From: Bacteroidales bacterium
GTDB taxonomy: Bacteria > Bacteroidota > Bacteroidia > Bacteroidales > UBA932
NCBI GenBank assembly: GCA_017938925.1
Contig: JAGBAO010000013.1
Coordinates: 225,037-289,036 of the forward strand
Direction: 5' to 3'
Length of the DNA: 64,000 nucleotides
The position numbers were made by a program, and so were the translations under genes. Each line of letters begins with the position of its first letter. Within the stretch, counting starts at the first letter, position 1. Of the stretch, positions 10,100 through 19,127 are shown in pieces. Under the pieces are notes generated by a model. It saw nothing but the letters and a program-made list of their open reading frames with translations. It was not told where the DNA came from and did not search any database.

Positions 10100-11781
10100 C
10101 GTTTCTGCTTTCCGCAGTCCTTTTCATCGGCAGTTGCGACGAAAAGCCTATCGATGATGTTGTCCTTCCCGACGAGGGGAAGGACAGCATCGTTGTATGC
10201 CCGCTGGACAGTTCGACTCTCTACGGCACCGTGACCAACCTCGGCAAGCCTCTCGCCGGAGTAGTCGTGTCCGACGGAGTGAACTGCGTGCAGACAGACA
10301 CCAACGGCATATACCAGCTGCATTCCACTAAAAGAAGCGGACTGGTGTATATATCCCTTCCGAGCGGATATGCGGTGCGCGGAAGCGGTACAATCCCCGG
10401 TTTCTTCAAGCAGACCGCCAGGCCTGCGGCCGAAGCCGAAAGGATAGACTTCGAACTTTTCAAGGATATCGACCAAACCAGCCATACGATGCTTGTCTTA
10501 GGTGACATCCATCTCTTCAACGACAAGTCCGTCAGTGCGTTCGCCGGCTTCAGAGACGAAATAAACACCCTGACAGGTTCGGGAGTGTGGTCATGCCCTT
10601 ATGTGATGACCCTCGGAGACATGAGCTGGGACTACTACTGGTATGCCACGCCTTTCGGTCTGAACGACTACCTCAGCGAAATGAACGGAATCACCGGACT
10701 CCAGGTGTTCAGCACAGTCGGCAACCACGACCATGACATGATGATCGACTCCAGGACCGAATATGAGACCACAGGCGAGGACTTTACATGCCAGGACTCA
10801 TACAGAAGGCTTCTCGGACCGACATGCTACTCGTTCAACATCGGAGGGATCCACTACATGTCCATCGACGATGTCATCACCACGGACGACGGCACGGGCA
10901 AGGACGGACGAGGCCATCTGAGGGCACTGACACAGACAGACAGGGAATGGATCAGACAGGACCTGTCGTTCGTCAGCAAGGAGACCCCAATCGTGGTGGG
11001 AATGCATATTCCTCTTTTCAACTCGAAAGGAGGAGACTACAGCAGCAAGCTCGGAGGATGGGACACCATCACTTCCCTTTTTGACGGATATGACGTGACC
11101 TTCATGAGCGCCCACACCCACAGCCTGTATAACAATAAGGTGGACAACGGAGGGCAGAAGGTCGTGGAATGGAACACCGGAGCCGTGTGCGGAGACTTCT
11201 GGAGTTCATACAACAAGCATGGAGTGAATCTCTGCATCAACGGAAGTCCGGCAGGCTACAGGATACTGACGGTTTCGGGAAAGGAGATGACCTCCGAATA
11301 CAAGGCGACCGGCTTCGACGGACACCATTTCTTCCGTACCTACGACCGCAACACCATGGATTTCTCACCTTCGCAAATGTGCCCTAAGGCTCCTGAGAAA
11401 TCAAAGCAGCAGAATTACTGGACGGCAAGGACAAAGAACTACGCCGGTCCGAGCGAGGAGAATCATGTCTATATCCACGTCTGGGACATGAAGGATGGGT
11501 GGACCCTGACAGTCACCGAAAACGGCGCGCCGCTCGTGCCTGAGAAGGTCGAGGCACACGATCCTCTCTTTCTGGCTGCCAACATAGCAGGCCAATGCAA
11601 TTCTGCCCGAGAGAACTGGAGCATCGGAACCACATCCGATGTCTGCAGACAATTGTACAGGGTGACGGCAGGTTCACCTAACAGCACATTAGTCGTTTCC
11701 GTGACTGACGAATGCGGCAACAACCACACGGAGACCATGACAAGGCCAAAGATGTTTTCAATCAAGAAATACGCAAGATGA
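10078..11781 (+). CDS. Calcineurin-like metallophosphoesterase lipoprotein (MetallophosN/Metallophos/C)
   Basis: GVVVSDG N-domain, metal-binding GDIH, GD, GNHDHD, H-x-P, AHTH. Start MRKIQQ at 10078 with lipobox IGSC. Confidence 0.9.
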   Translation: MRKIQQIAFLLSAVLFIGSCDEKPIDDVVLPDEGKDSIVVCPLDSSTLYGTVTNLGKPLAGVVVSDGVNCVQTDTNGIYQLHSTKRSGLVYISLPSGYAVRGSGTIPGFFKQTARPAAEAERIDFELFKDIDQTSHTMLVLGDIHLFNDKSVSAFAGFRDEINTLTGSGVWSCPYVMTLGDMSWDYYWYATPFGLNDYLSEMNGITGLQVFSTVGNHDHDMMIDSRTEYETTGEDFTCQDSYRRLLGPTCYSFNIGGIHYMSIDDVITTDDGTGKDGRGHLRALTQTDREWIRQDLSFVSKETPIVVGMHIPLFNSKGGDYSSKLGGWDTITSLFDGYDVTFMSAHTHSLYNNKVDNGGQKVVEWNTGAVCGDFWSSYNKHGVNLCINGSPAGYRILTVSGKEMTSEYKATGFDGHHFFRTYDRNTMDFSPSQMCPKAPEKSKQQNYWTARTKNYAGPSEENHVYIHVWDMKDGWTLTVTENGAPLVPEKVEAHDPLFLAANIAGQCNSARENWSIGTTSDVCRQLYRVTAGSPNSTLVVSVTDECGNNHTETMTRPKMFSIKKYAR

Positions 11782-12749
11782 CACTGAAAAGACTCACCAT
11801 TTTCCTGTTCACGGCCTGCGTTCTCGGATGCCTCTGCACCGGGGCCAAGCCCAAGAGCCAGAAGGTCACCATCAAGGTCGGCTCATATAACCTGATGACC
11901 TCGGACTCACGGGTCAAGCACATCGACAAGACACCTGAAATGTCACATCAGAGATACTGGTGCAACAGCGCTCCGGCCGTGGCATCCATCATCAGCGACA
12001 TGGACTGCGACATCATCGGTCTGCAGGAGATCTGCGACAGTATCTGGGGATGGACGGGAGACAAGGGATTCCGCGAGATGATGACTGCAGCAGGAAATTC
12101 TTCATACAGTTGGGTACTTTACGGAAACAGTTCCAGCGGCAGAAATTCCTACAATGTGGGCATAGGCTACAAGACCGACAAGTTCATCGAACTCGACAGC
12201 GGAATATATTGGCTTGCCGGAATCTTCGACAGGTCAGAATCCCTTCCTACTGCCCCTAAAGGCAGCAAGCGCCCATGCGTCTGGGCAAAGTTCCAGCACA
12301 AGGAATCCGGCAAGATATTCTACTTCTTCAGCACGCACTTCGTGGTTCCCGGCATCTCAAAGGAAGGCAACCAATACAACGCCGAGAACTGCATCAAATA
12401 CGCAGAAGAACTTATGGGTTCGCGCAAGATGCCTTCCATCATTGTCGGTGACTTCAATGCAGCCAAAGGTGCACCGGCTTATAAGGTCGTCGCGGAAAGC
12501 GGCCGATGGTATGATGTATATGAATACCTGAAGGAAGACGGAGTCCTTTCGTCTGAGGAGACCGGATGGGGAAGCTGCAACGACAAGGACGAGAAGAAGT
12601 GGGCCTACTGGCGTCCGGATCACATCACCTGCGACGGCAACTTCCGTCCTGTGTCATTCAAGACGGTACGTGACAAATACCCGACAGCCGACGGCACGCT
12701 GCATTATCCTTCCGACCATTTCCCTATCGTAGCCGAACTGAAATTCTAA
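11778..12749 (+). CDS. Endonuclease/exonuclease/phosphatase (EEP) family protein
   Basis: GSYN, GLQE, STH, GDFN, DHI, SDHFPI motifs. Start MTLKRL at 11778 overlaps the upstream stop. Confidence 0.9.
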   Translation: MTLKRLTIFLFTACVLGCLCTGAKPKSQKVTIKVGSYNLMTSDSRVKHIDKTPEMSHQRYWCNSAPAVASIISDMDCDIIGLQEICDSIWGWTGDKGFREMMTAAGNSSYSWVLYGNSSSGRNSYNVGIGYKTDKFIELDSGIYWLAGIFDRSESLPTAPKGSKRPCVWAKFQHKESGKIFYFFSTHFVVPGISKEGNQYNAENCIKYAEELMGSRKMPSIIVGDFNAAKGAPAYKVVAESGRWYDVYEYLKEDGVLSSEETGWGSCNDKDEKKWAYWRPDHITCDGNFRPVSFKTVRDKYPTADGTLHYPSDHFPIVAELKF

Positions 12750-12756
12750 CAAAACG

Positions 12757-12901
12757 GAATCTATATTTACTACGACGGAAAGACAATCCGAAAAACTGAC
12801 GTAAGACAACGTATAAGGCAGATTTACCACCTCGATTACCGCTTCAGAATCTATATAATTTTTGAGAGTATTTCCGAAGGAAAGACTGATAAGTAAATTT
12901 G
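12757..12901 (+). promoter_or_regulatory. Promoter of peptide/fimbrillin cassette: two GAATCTATAT copies (12757-12766, 12847-12856) plus -7 box TAAATTTG (12894-12901)
   Basis: Exact motif copies read from the sequence; the proximal copy is 37 nt upstream of the -7 box. Confidence 0.65.
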
Positions 12902-12947
12902 CGTAATCAGACTGCGAAAAACAATAACCAAATAACACATCTATAAC

Positions 12948-13091
12948 ATGAAAGAAATCAATAACAAGGTGTACATCACCCCTGTTTCAGAGCAGGTCGA
13001 CATCCTGTGTGAGACAATACTTTGCCAAAGTGGAGGGTATTCGGCCACTTTGGAGGGTATGAGCGAAACTGAATACACATTCACATTCTAA
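12948..13091 (+). CDS. 47-aa small protein, YxxP...LCxS motif
   Basis: Hand translation MKEINNKVYITPVSEQVDILCETILCQSGGYSATLEGMSETEYTFTF*. Stop is 11 nt before the fimbrillin-like ATG. Confidence 0.8.
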   Translation: MKEINNKVYITPVSEQVDILCETILCQSGGYSATLEGMSETEYTFTF

Positions 13092-13102
13092 TTCTGACAT
13101 TT

Positions 13103-15334
13103 ATGAAAAAGATTTTTAGACTCATCGCTGCACTCGCAGCAACAACCGTAGCTTTTTCATGCATGGAAGAAGCTAATCCGGAGACACCTGAAACCGGAAA
13201 GACAAACTATGACGGCCCAGTGACCACACTTGAGTTCACTCTTGACGAGCTTGAGACAAAGACGGCCTGGGATGGAGAAAACCACACATGGTCGGATGGC
13301 GACATGATCAAGATCATATGGATGGACGCAGAAGGCAAGACAGGTGACGTGCCGGCCGAGGTCGTAGAAGGGAAAGTAACAGCAACAGTCGGCGTAGCGG
13401 ACACTTATTATGCTGTTTATCCTGAGACTACGGCGTATACACTTATGAAGCCTCAGGAAACAACAGATGGAGCTGAGGAAGCTGTTATCAATGTTACAAT
13501 TCCACAGACTCAGAAAGGTTCCTTCAAGGAGGCAAACATCATGGCGGCTAAAACTTCTTCTACTGAAAGAACACTTGCATTCAAAAACCTTACTCACATA
13601 TTCAAATTCTCTTTGAGTGATGATTGTGAGTACACAAGAATGCAGTTCCGTTCAAATCAGGATGTTAGAATCAATGGTACATACGATGTCGCATTTGGCG
13701 AGGATGTGACCTTAACATACAACGGTAATGGTAAAGACACCAATTCCGGTTATCTTTATTTCAACATTCCAGAAGGTCAAAAAGGCCCGTTCTATCTTGC
13801 TTTTGAGCCAAATGCAAAGATGGAATATGGTTTCGGTGTAAGTGCAAGGAGAAACGCTACGGAAGGATATATCGCCGGTGCACTGACAGTAGCTCCTATT
13901 GACATGACCAGAGGTGTCATTACAAATCTTGGCTGCGATTTCGACAAGCATATAATCAACAACTGGTACATAAAGGAGAACGGTAGAGGCGACGGTTCAA
14001 GCTGGGAAAATGCAGCTGACATCTCATTGCTCGTAAAGCTATTGAACAAGACTCAGCTTGATGCTGACAAGACTCACAATGGTACTACACATGAGTGGAG
14101 GCTTTCGGATGCGCATATCCATGTAGCTGCAGGAACATATGACATTCAGGCTGCAAATGGAAATAAAAACTTCACGCCTAATGGCCTGACAGCAAAGACT
14201 AAGGTTACAATTATCGGCGGCTACCCGGCTGATGCTTCCGAAGGAGCAGTTCCTGGCAAGGACGAGACAGTATTTACTACAGGTAACTCTGTAGATAATA
14301 GCAGAATCTTTGATTTCAACGGAGTTAACATAGGCAATCTGACATTCAAAGGCATTCAATTCAAGAAAGCTGAAGCTAACGCTGTAGGTCTCGTTAATTT
14401 TAGGGAAGGCGTATCTGGAAATGTTACATTTGAAGACTGCGTAATCTCAGTCACAACAACAAAAGAAAATAGCGGAGCAATAAGAATCACACCCACAGAC
14501 GCGAGCAAATTCACTGCAAATTTCATCAATTGTCACTTCACAGAAAATAAGGGCGGATTCACTACAGGTGGAGCTATGTATTGTAACGGTGGTGTAGTTA
14601 ACATGACTCGCTGTGTTTTCTCTGAAAATTTAGCAAAAAATGCTGCTGATATTTACATAGAGACTAAAACTACATTCAACATTAATCGATGTGTGTTTAA
14701 GAATGGTACCGTTACTAATAAAAGGCCAACTTCATGGGCTGGTGCTGCTATTACAGTAAACACAAATACTAATAATCAACTAAATATCCACAACTCTGTT
14801 TTCTATGATTATCTGAACCCTCAGGCTACTGACGCCCAACCAATCATATTGGGCCTTGGTAGTTTGCTGATAGCAAATACTTCAATTTATAATAATTCAG
14901 TTCAGGTTCTTAGACTTGCCGGAGGAAGTCAGTGGCTGATAAATAATGCGATATTCAATTCAAGAGAAAGCATAAGTGGTGGTTCTGTAGTACAAAGTAC
15001 CACTCGTAATGGGGACTACAATCTCATACAGATTGGAACGTCAACCAACTCAAACAAAAAAGCTGAACACGATACTGATTATGGTGCAACAAACAATGCT
15101 GCAATTTCTTGGAGTGATGATAGTAACAATTTTACATGGACACTATCTAATGTAAGTATCCCTGCTGCTAATTACGCTAAGAAAGAAGAAGTCGATGACT
15201 TAATGAAAAACAATCACGCGACTTTTGATGCGTGGCTGAAGACCATTGAAACAGACCCATATGGCATAGACTACAACGGCAACGAAAGAAATCCTGAAAA
15301 GATGAATCCTGGTGCTTGGGATCCAGGTCTCTAA
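13103..15334 (+). CDS. Fimbrillin-like lipoprotein with C-terminal parallel beta-helix (pectin-lyase-like) cargo domain
   Basis: Lipobox AFSC-MEE; ETKTAWDGENHTWSDGDMI, YYAVYP, IPQTQ, LAFKNL pilin motifs. Then WYIKENGRGDGSSWENA, repeated F.NC.F.EN / GGAMY and terminal DYNGNER...PGAWD, typical of beta-helix domains. Confidence 0.75.
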   Translation: MKKIFRLIAALAATTVAFSCMEEANPETPETGKTNYDGPVTTLEFTLDELETKTAWDGENHTWSDGDMIKIIWMDAEGKTGDVPAEVVEGKVTATVGVADTYYAVYPETTAYTLMKPQETTDGAEEAVINVTIPQTQKGSFKEANIMAAKTSSTERTLAFKNLTHIFKFSLSDDCEYTRMQFRSNQDVRINGTYDVAFGEDVTLTYNGNGKDTNSGYLYFNIPEGQKGPFYLAFEPNAKMEYGFGVSARRNATEGYIAGALTVAPIDMTRGVITNLGCDFDKHIINNWYIKENGRGDGSSWENAADISLLVKLLNKTQLDADKTHNGTTHEWRLSDAHIHVAAGTYDIQAANGNKNFTPNGLTAKTKVTIIGGYPADASEGAVPGKDETVFTTGNSVDNSRIFDFNGVNIGNLTFKGIQFKKAEANAVGLVNFREGVSGNVTFEDCVISVTTTKENSGAIRITPTDASKFTANFINCHFTENKGGFTTGGAMYCNGGVVNMTRCVFSENLAKNAADIYIETKTTFNINRCVFKNGTVTNKRPTSWAGAAITVNTNTNNQLNIHNSVFYDYLNPQATDAQPIILGLGSLLIANTSIYNNSVQVLRLAGGSQWLINNAIFNSRESISGGSVVQSTTRNGDYNLIQIGTSTNSNKKAEHDTDYGATNNAAISWSDDSNNFTWTLSNVSIPAANYAKKEEVDDLMKNNHATFDAWLKTIETDPYGIDYNGNERNPEKMNPGAWDPGL

Positions 15335-15369
15335 TATCACCGCCGGCCAACCGGTAAGCTCATAATTCC

Positions 15370-15407
15370 GATACGGGCAGCTGCAGTAGATCGCAGCTGC
15401 CCGTATC
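15370..15407. terminator. Intrinsic terminator hairpin between convergent genes
   Basis: Perfect 15-bp stem GATACGGGCAGCTGC / GCAGCTGCCCGTATC with an 8-nt loop. Confidence 0.8.
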
Positions 15408-15429
15408 AATTTCTAAAGCACCTAAGCAA

Positions 15430-16407
15430 CTATAATTCAAGAACAGACTCTAACGACAGCCCTGTCGCCTGAGCAATAATCTCCCCGGACACCCCGAGCC
15501 CCTTCAACCTGATAGCAGTCTCTCTGCATCCCTGTTCCAATCCCTGCTCCAATCCCTGCTCCAATCCCTGTTCCAGACCATCACGATAAGCATCCTCGCG
15601 CTGTTCGCGCATGGAATTCAATATTTCATCTTCCCGTGTCATAAGTTTTCTATATTTATCGATTTTATCAGGAGCCCATCTTGCCATATAGGCCTCCTGA
15701 TACAGTTCTTCAAGTTCCGTTCCTTCAATCCCGGCCGGCTGCTCCTTCAGCAGATGCATGTTCTTCAGACTAAAAATCCACTTCTCCTTCATATCAATGC
15801 ACTCATCATAGTCTTTCCTGAAGCGGTAAAGGTCTATGAACACCAGATTCACATTGTCTCCCAACTGTCGGCCGCTTTCGATGCTCCTGAATACATAGTG
15901 CGCAGTATGGCGCTCAGCATCTGCACCAGTACTACCGACTATCTCAGTCGGAAAGTTCAGGAAACAGATAACATAGACCGGAGCAAAGTTGTAGTCCCAC
16001 CGTCGTTGAAGCGTCTTCTTCTGATACTTCCTTTCCTCCCGCGCCTGATCCATGACCGAACGGGCTGCATAATACACTGCACGTTTATGGAAATAATGCT
16101 GCGTCCACATCTGCATCTCGATCAGATATCTGGTTCCGCTCCTGTCCTCGCAATAGACATCGAACACAGACTTTCCATCCTCTTCGCTGTCACCGAAATG
16201 CTCTGGAGGCAGATACCACAGATCCACGATCCCTGCCTCCGGCAGGAGCCTGTTCAACAGCGCCATCAGCAACCCTTCACTCTTTCCTTTTGTCCCAAGC
16301 ACAATCTTGAACCCCGAATCATAGGTCAGATTGGCATACTCCTTCGGCTCTTCCGCCACGACTTCCGCATCCTGGATGCATCCGTCATTCTTCTCATGTC
16401 TGTTCAT
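15430..16407 (-). CDS. Rpn-family recombination-promoting nuclease / PD-(D/E)XK 'putative transposase'
   Basis: LTYDSGFKIVLG, FDVYCED..G..YLIEMQ, RAVYYAAR, PVYVICFLNF, C-terminal GLEQ repeats and A..L...G.S.E.IA.ATGLS tail. -7 box TATATTTG at 16469-16476 (minus strand). Confidence 0.9.
   Translation of the reverse strand: MNRHEKNDGCIQDAEVVAEEPKEYANLTYDSGFKIVLGTKGKSEGLLMALLNRLLPEAGIVDLWYLPPEHFGDSEEDGKSVFDVYCEDRSGTRYLIEMQMWTQHYFHKRAVYYAARSVMDQAREERKYQKKTLQRRWDYNFAPVYVICFLNFPTEIVGSTGADAERHTAHYVFRSIESGRQLGDNVNLVFIDLYRFRKDYDECIDMKEKWIFSLKNMHLLKEQPAGIEGTELEELYQEAYMARWAPDKIDKYRKLMTREDEILNSMREQREDAYRDGLEQGLEQGLEQGLEQGCRETAIRLKGLGVSGEIIAQATGLSLESVLEL
15528..15575. repeat. 4 x 12-bp tandem repeat (ATCCCTGYTCCA) encoding GLEQ repeats of the Rpn protein
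   Basis: Read directly from the sequence. Confidence 0.9.
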
Positions 16408-16686
16408 CTGGATAAAGTTTACAACAAGGCACTATTACCCCGTTAAAAATCCTTATCCCCTTCCCCGGCAAATATACTTTTTGTCAAGAGGAATTCAAAC
16501 ACTCAAATGAAGATTTTTCTTTTTCTTAGTCAAAGTTTTTCTTTTTTTTATGATAATTTCTTTTTTTTATATTCTCGCATCGTAAGTCAGACCTGCGTCC
16601 AATGGAGCTGGTCTGTTGGATTTCTATATATTAGGCACGGGAGAAAGCGGGTTCAGAGTGGTTTGAGGAATATAAACCTTGTATTA

Positions 16687-16741
16687 GAATCTATATTTTA
16701 GGAGGGTGATTTCCGCGCAATCCATATAGTTAGTAAATTTG
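16687..16741 (+). promoter_or_regulatory. GH3 promoter: GAATCTATAT (16687-16696) plus -7 box TAAATTTG (16734-16741)
   Basis: Same motif and 37-nt spacing; a weaker upstream copy TTTCTATAT at 16621-16629. Confidence 0.65.
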
Positions 16742-16794
16742 TATCTATGACCTGCATGCTCAACATGGGGTCAAGATTCCCAAGATCAAACAAT

Positions 16795-19122
16795 ATGCAC
16801 AAAGATATGACATCAAGGCACATCACAGGACTGCTCATGGCAGTTGTCGTAATGGCGGCAGGATGCTCTCAGGAGTACGCTGTCACCGAACATGAAGGTT
16901 ATTCCGTACTGTCCCAGAAAAGAGGACCTGCACTCGGATACAGCGACGTGGAAATCCTGTATCAGGACGGTCACGCCTTCAAGGATCACAACAGGAACGG
17001 TTCTCTCGACATCTACGAAGACTGGAGAAACACTCCGGCAGAACGTGCAGAGGATCTGGTGAAACAGATGCCGGTGGAGTACCTCAGCGGAATGCTTACC
17101 AACGGACACACCGTGAACGTTCCGGGCTATGCATCCATGAGCGTCAGTGGCATCCTCTACAACGGCAAGCCGTTCCAGGAAAGCGGAGCTGACCCATGGG
17201 CCGTCTGCGACAAGCTCATCAAGGCCATCAATGACTTTGACACCAGGCAGATCCTGATGGCGCACTCGGAGTCCCCTACTACAAGCGCACGCTGGAACAA
17301 CGAAGTACAGAAGCTCTGCGAGGCAGCACCGTTCGGCATTCCGAGCTGCAACAGCAGCGACCCGCGTAACGAGATCAAGGCAACAGACGAATACAACGCC
17401 GGTTCAGGCGGAATATGCTCGCAGTGGCCTACTCCTCTGGGACTCGCCGCTACCTTTGACACAGATGTCATAACAGACTTTGCCAACACCGTCAAGAAGG
17501 AATATCGCGCCATAGGCTTCGGCACAGCTCTCTCTCCTCAGGCAGACCTTGCGACAGATCCAAGATGGAGAAGGAACCCGGGCACATTCGGCGAAGATCC
17601 TCAGCTTGTGGCAGACCTGTCAAGAGCATACATTGATGCTTTCCAGACCACTGACAACAAAAAACTGCGCATTGAAGACGGCTGGGGACATGAAAGCCTC
17701 AACTGCATGGTGAAGCACTGGCCGGCAGGCGGAGCCGGAGAGGCCGGAAGAGATGCGCATATCTCAGTGGGCAAATATGCTGTCTTCCCAGGCGGAAACC
17801 TTAAATTGGGAATGGACACCTTCAAGAAGGGTGCATTCGAACTTGACGGACCGACTGGCTGTGCTGCTGCGGTGATGCCATACTACACCGTATCCTGGGA
17901 CCAGGACCCGAGCGGAGAGAACGTCGGCAACAGCTACAACAGATATATCATCGACTCCCTTCTCAGAAAGACATACGGGTTTGAAGGCATAGTATGCACA
18001 GACTGGGGAATCGTGCCTGACTATAACATGGACCCTCTCACGACCCATGGAAAGTGCTATGGCGTGGAGAACTTGACGATTGGAGAACGTGTGTTCAAGA
18101 TTCTGGAAGCAGGAGTGGACCAGATGGGAGGATCGGTGTTCGCAGACTGGATAATGGACGCTCACAGGATATGGGTGGAGAAATATGGCGAGGAGAGTGC
18201 CCGCAGACGCTGGGAGGCATCGGCAAAGAGGATTCTCATCGGCTTCTTCCGCATCGGAATCTTCGAGAACCCGTATGTTGACCCGGCAGAAGCAGACAAG
18301 GTGCTGAACGACCCGGATCTGCATGCAAAGGGAGAGCTTGCCCAGCGCAAGTCTGTGGTCATGCTCAAGAACAAGGCTGGAGTGCTTCCTGTGCAGGAAG
18401 GGGCGAAGGTATATGTTCCTCTGCGCAACATCCCGGGAATATACAGCATGACAGGACGTCAGAAGAAGGCTCCGTATGTGGGTTACTCTGTGGACACGGC
18501 GGAAGTTGCCAGCAGATATACGCTGGTAAGCAGTCCCGAGGAGGCTGATTTCGCACTCGTTGCTATTTCTGAGCCGGAGGGAGGAATAGGATACTCGAAG
18601 AAGGATGTGGAGAAAGGTGGCAACGGATATCTGCCTATCTCACTGCAGTATTCCCCATATACAGCAGAATACGCGCGTGAGAGAAGCATTGCCGGAGGAG
18701 ACCCGGCAGAGGGCTTTACCAACAGAAGCTACAAGGGAAAGACACTCTGCGTGGAGAACTCGACCGATCTTGATCTGGTACGTGACACAAAGGCTGCAAT
18801 GGGAGACAAGCCGGTGGTGGTGCTCCTTTCGACAACCCGTCCTACTGTCGTGGAATTCGAACCTTGGGCAGATGCCATCCTGGTTGCATTCGGAGTCAGA
18901 AGCGCAGCATACCTCGATATTGTAACGGGAGCATTCGAGCCGTACGGACTGCTGCCTATGCAGTTCCCTATCGATATGAGAACCGTGGAAGAGCAGCTTG
19001 AGGACACACCTCACGACATGACACCGTACCAGGATGCCTGCGGCAACAGATACGATTTCGCGTTCGGAATGAACTGGAACGGAGTGATCAAAGATTCAAG
19101 AACTGAAAAATATAAGAGGTAA
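16795..19122 (+). CDS. GH3 beta-glucosidase-like lipoprotein
   Basis: GIPSCNSSDPRN, ALSPQADLATDPRW.R...TFGED, MVKHWPAGG, AVMPYY, GIVCTDW nucleophile motif, VVMLKN. Start 16795 or 16807 (downstream of the -7 box). Confidence 0.9.
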   Translation: MHKDMTSRHITGLLMAVVVMAAGCSQEYAVTEHEGYSVLSQKRGPALGYSDVEILYQDGHAFKDHNRNGSLDIYEDWRNTPAERAEDLVKQMPVEYLSGMLTNGHTVNVPGYASMSVSGILYNGKPFQESGADPWAVCDKLIKAINDFDTRQILMAHSESPTTSARWNNEVQKLCEAAPFGIPSCNSSDPRNEIKATDEYNAGSGGICSQWPTPLGLAATFDTDVITDFANTVKKEYRAIGFGTALSPQADLATDPRWRRNPGTFGEDPQLVADLSRAYIDAFQTTDNKKLRIEDGWGHESLNCMVKHWPAGGAGEAGRDAHISVGKYAVFPGGNLKLGMDTFKKGAFELDGPTGCAAAVMPYYTVSWDQDPSGENVGNSYNRYIIDSLLRKTYGFEGIVCTDWGIVPDYNMDPLTTHGKCYGVENLTIGERVFKILEAGVDQMGGSVFADWIMDAHRIWVEKYGEESARRRWEASAKRILIGFFRIGIFENPYVDPAEADKVLNDPDLHAKGELAQRKSVVMLKNKAGVLPVQEGAKVYVPLRNIPGIYSMTGRQKKAPYVGYSVDTAEVASRYTLVSSPEEADFALVAISEPEGGIGYSKKDVEKGGNGYLPISLQYSPYTAEYARERSIAGGDPAEGFTNRSYKGKTLCVENSTDLDLVRDTKAAMGDKPVVVLLSTTRPTVVEFEPWADAILVAFGVRSAAYLDIVTGAFEPYGLLPMQFPIDMRTVEEQLEDTPHDMTPYQDACGNRYDFAFGMNWNGVIKDSRTEKYKR

Positions 19123-19127
19123 GACAC

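Noticed and set aside
13030-13060. 10-bp direct repeat TGGAGGGTAT within the second peptide gene
   Set aside because: Only two copies in a coding region; no evidence of function.
15528-15575. Tandem repeats (also the PENN-coding 12-mers near 50470-50505 and the pnp tail) as a CRISPR array
   Set aside because: In-frame coding repeats without spacers; no cas genes.
15430-16407. Rpn gene as an active IS element
   Set aside because: No terminal inverted repeats or target-site duplication seen; this family is not demonstrated to transpose.
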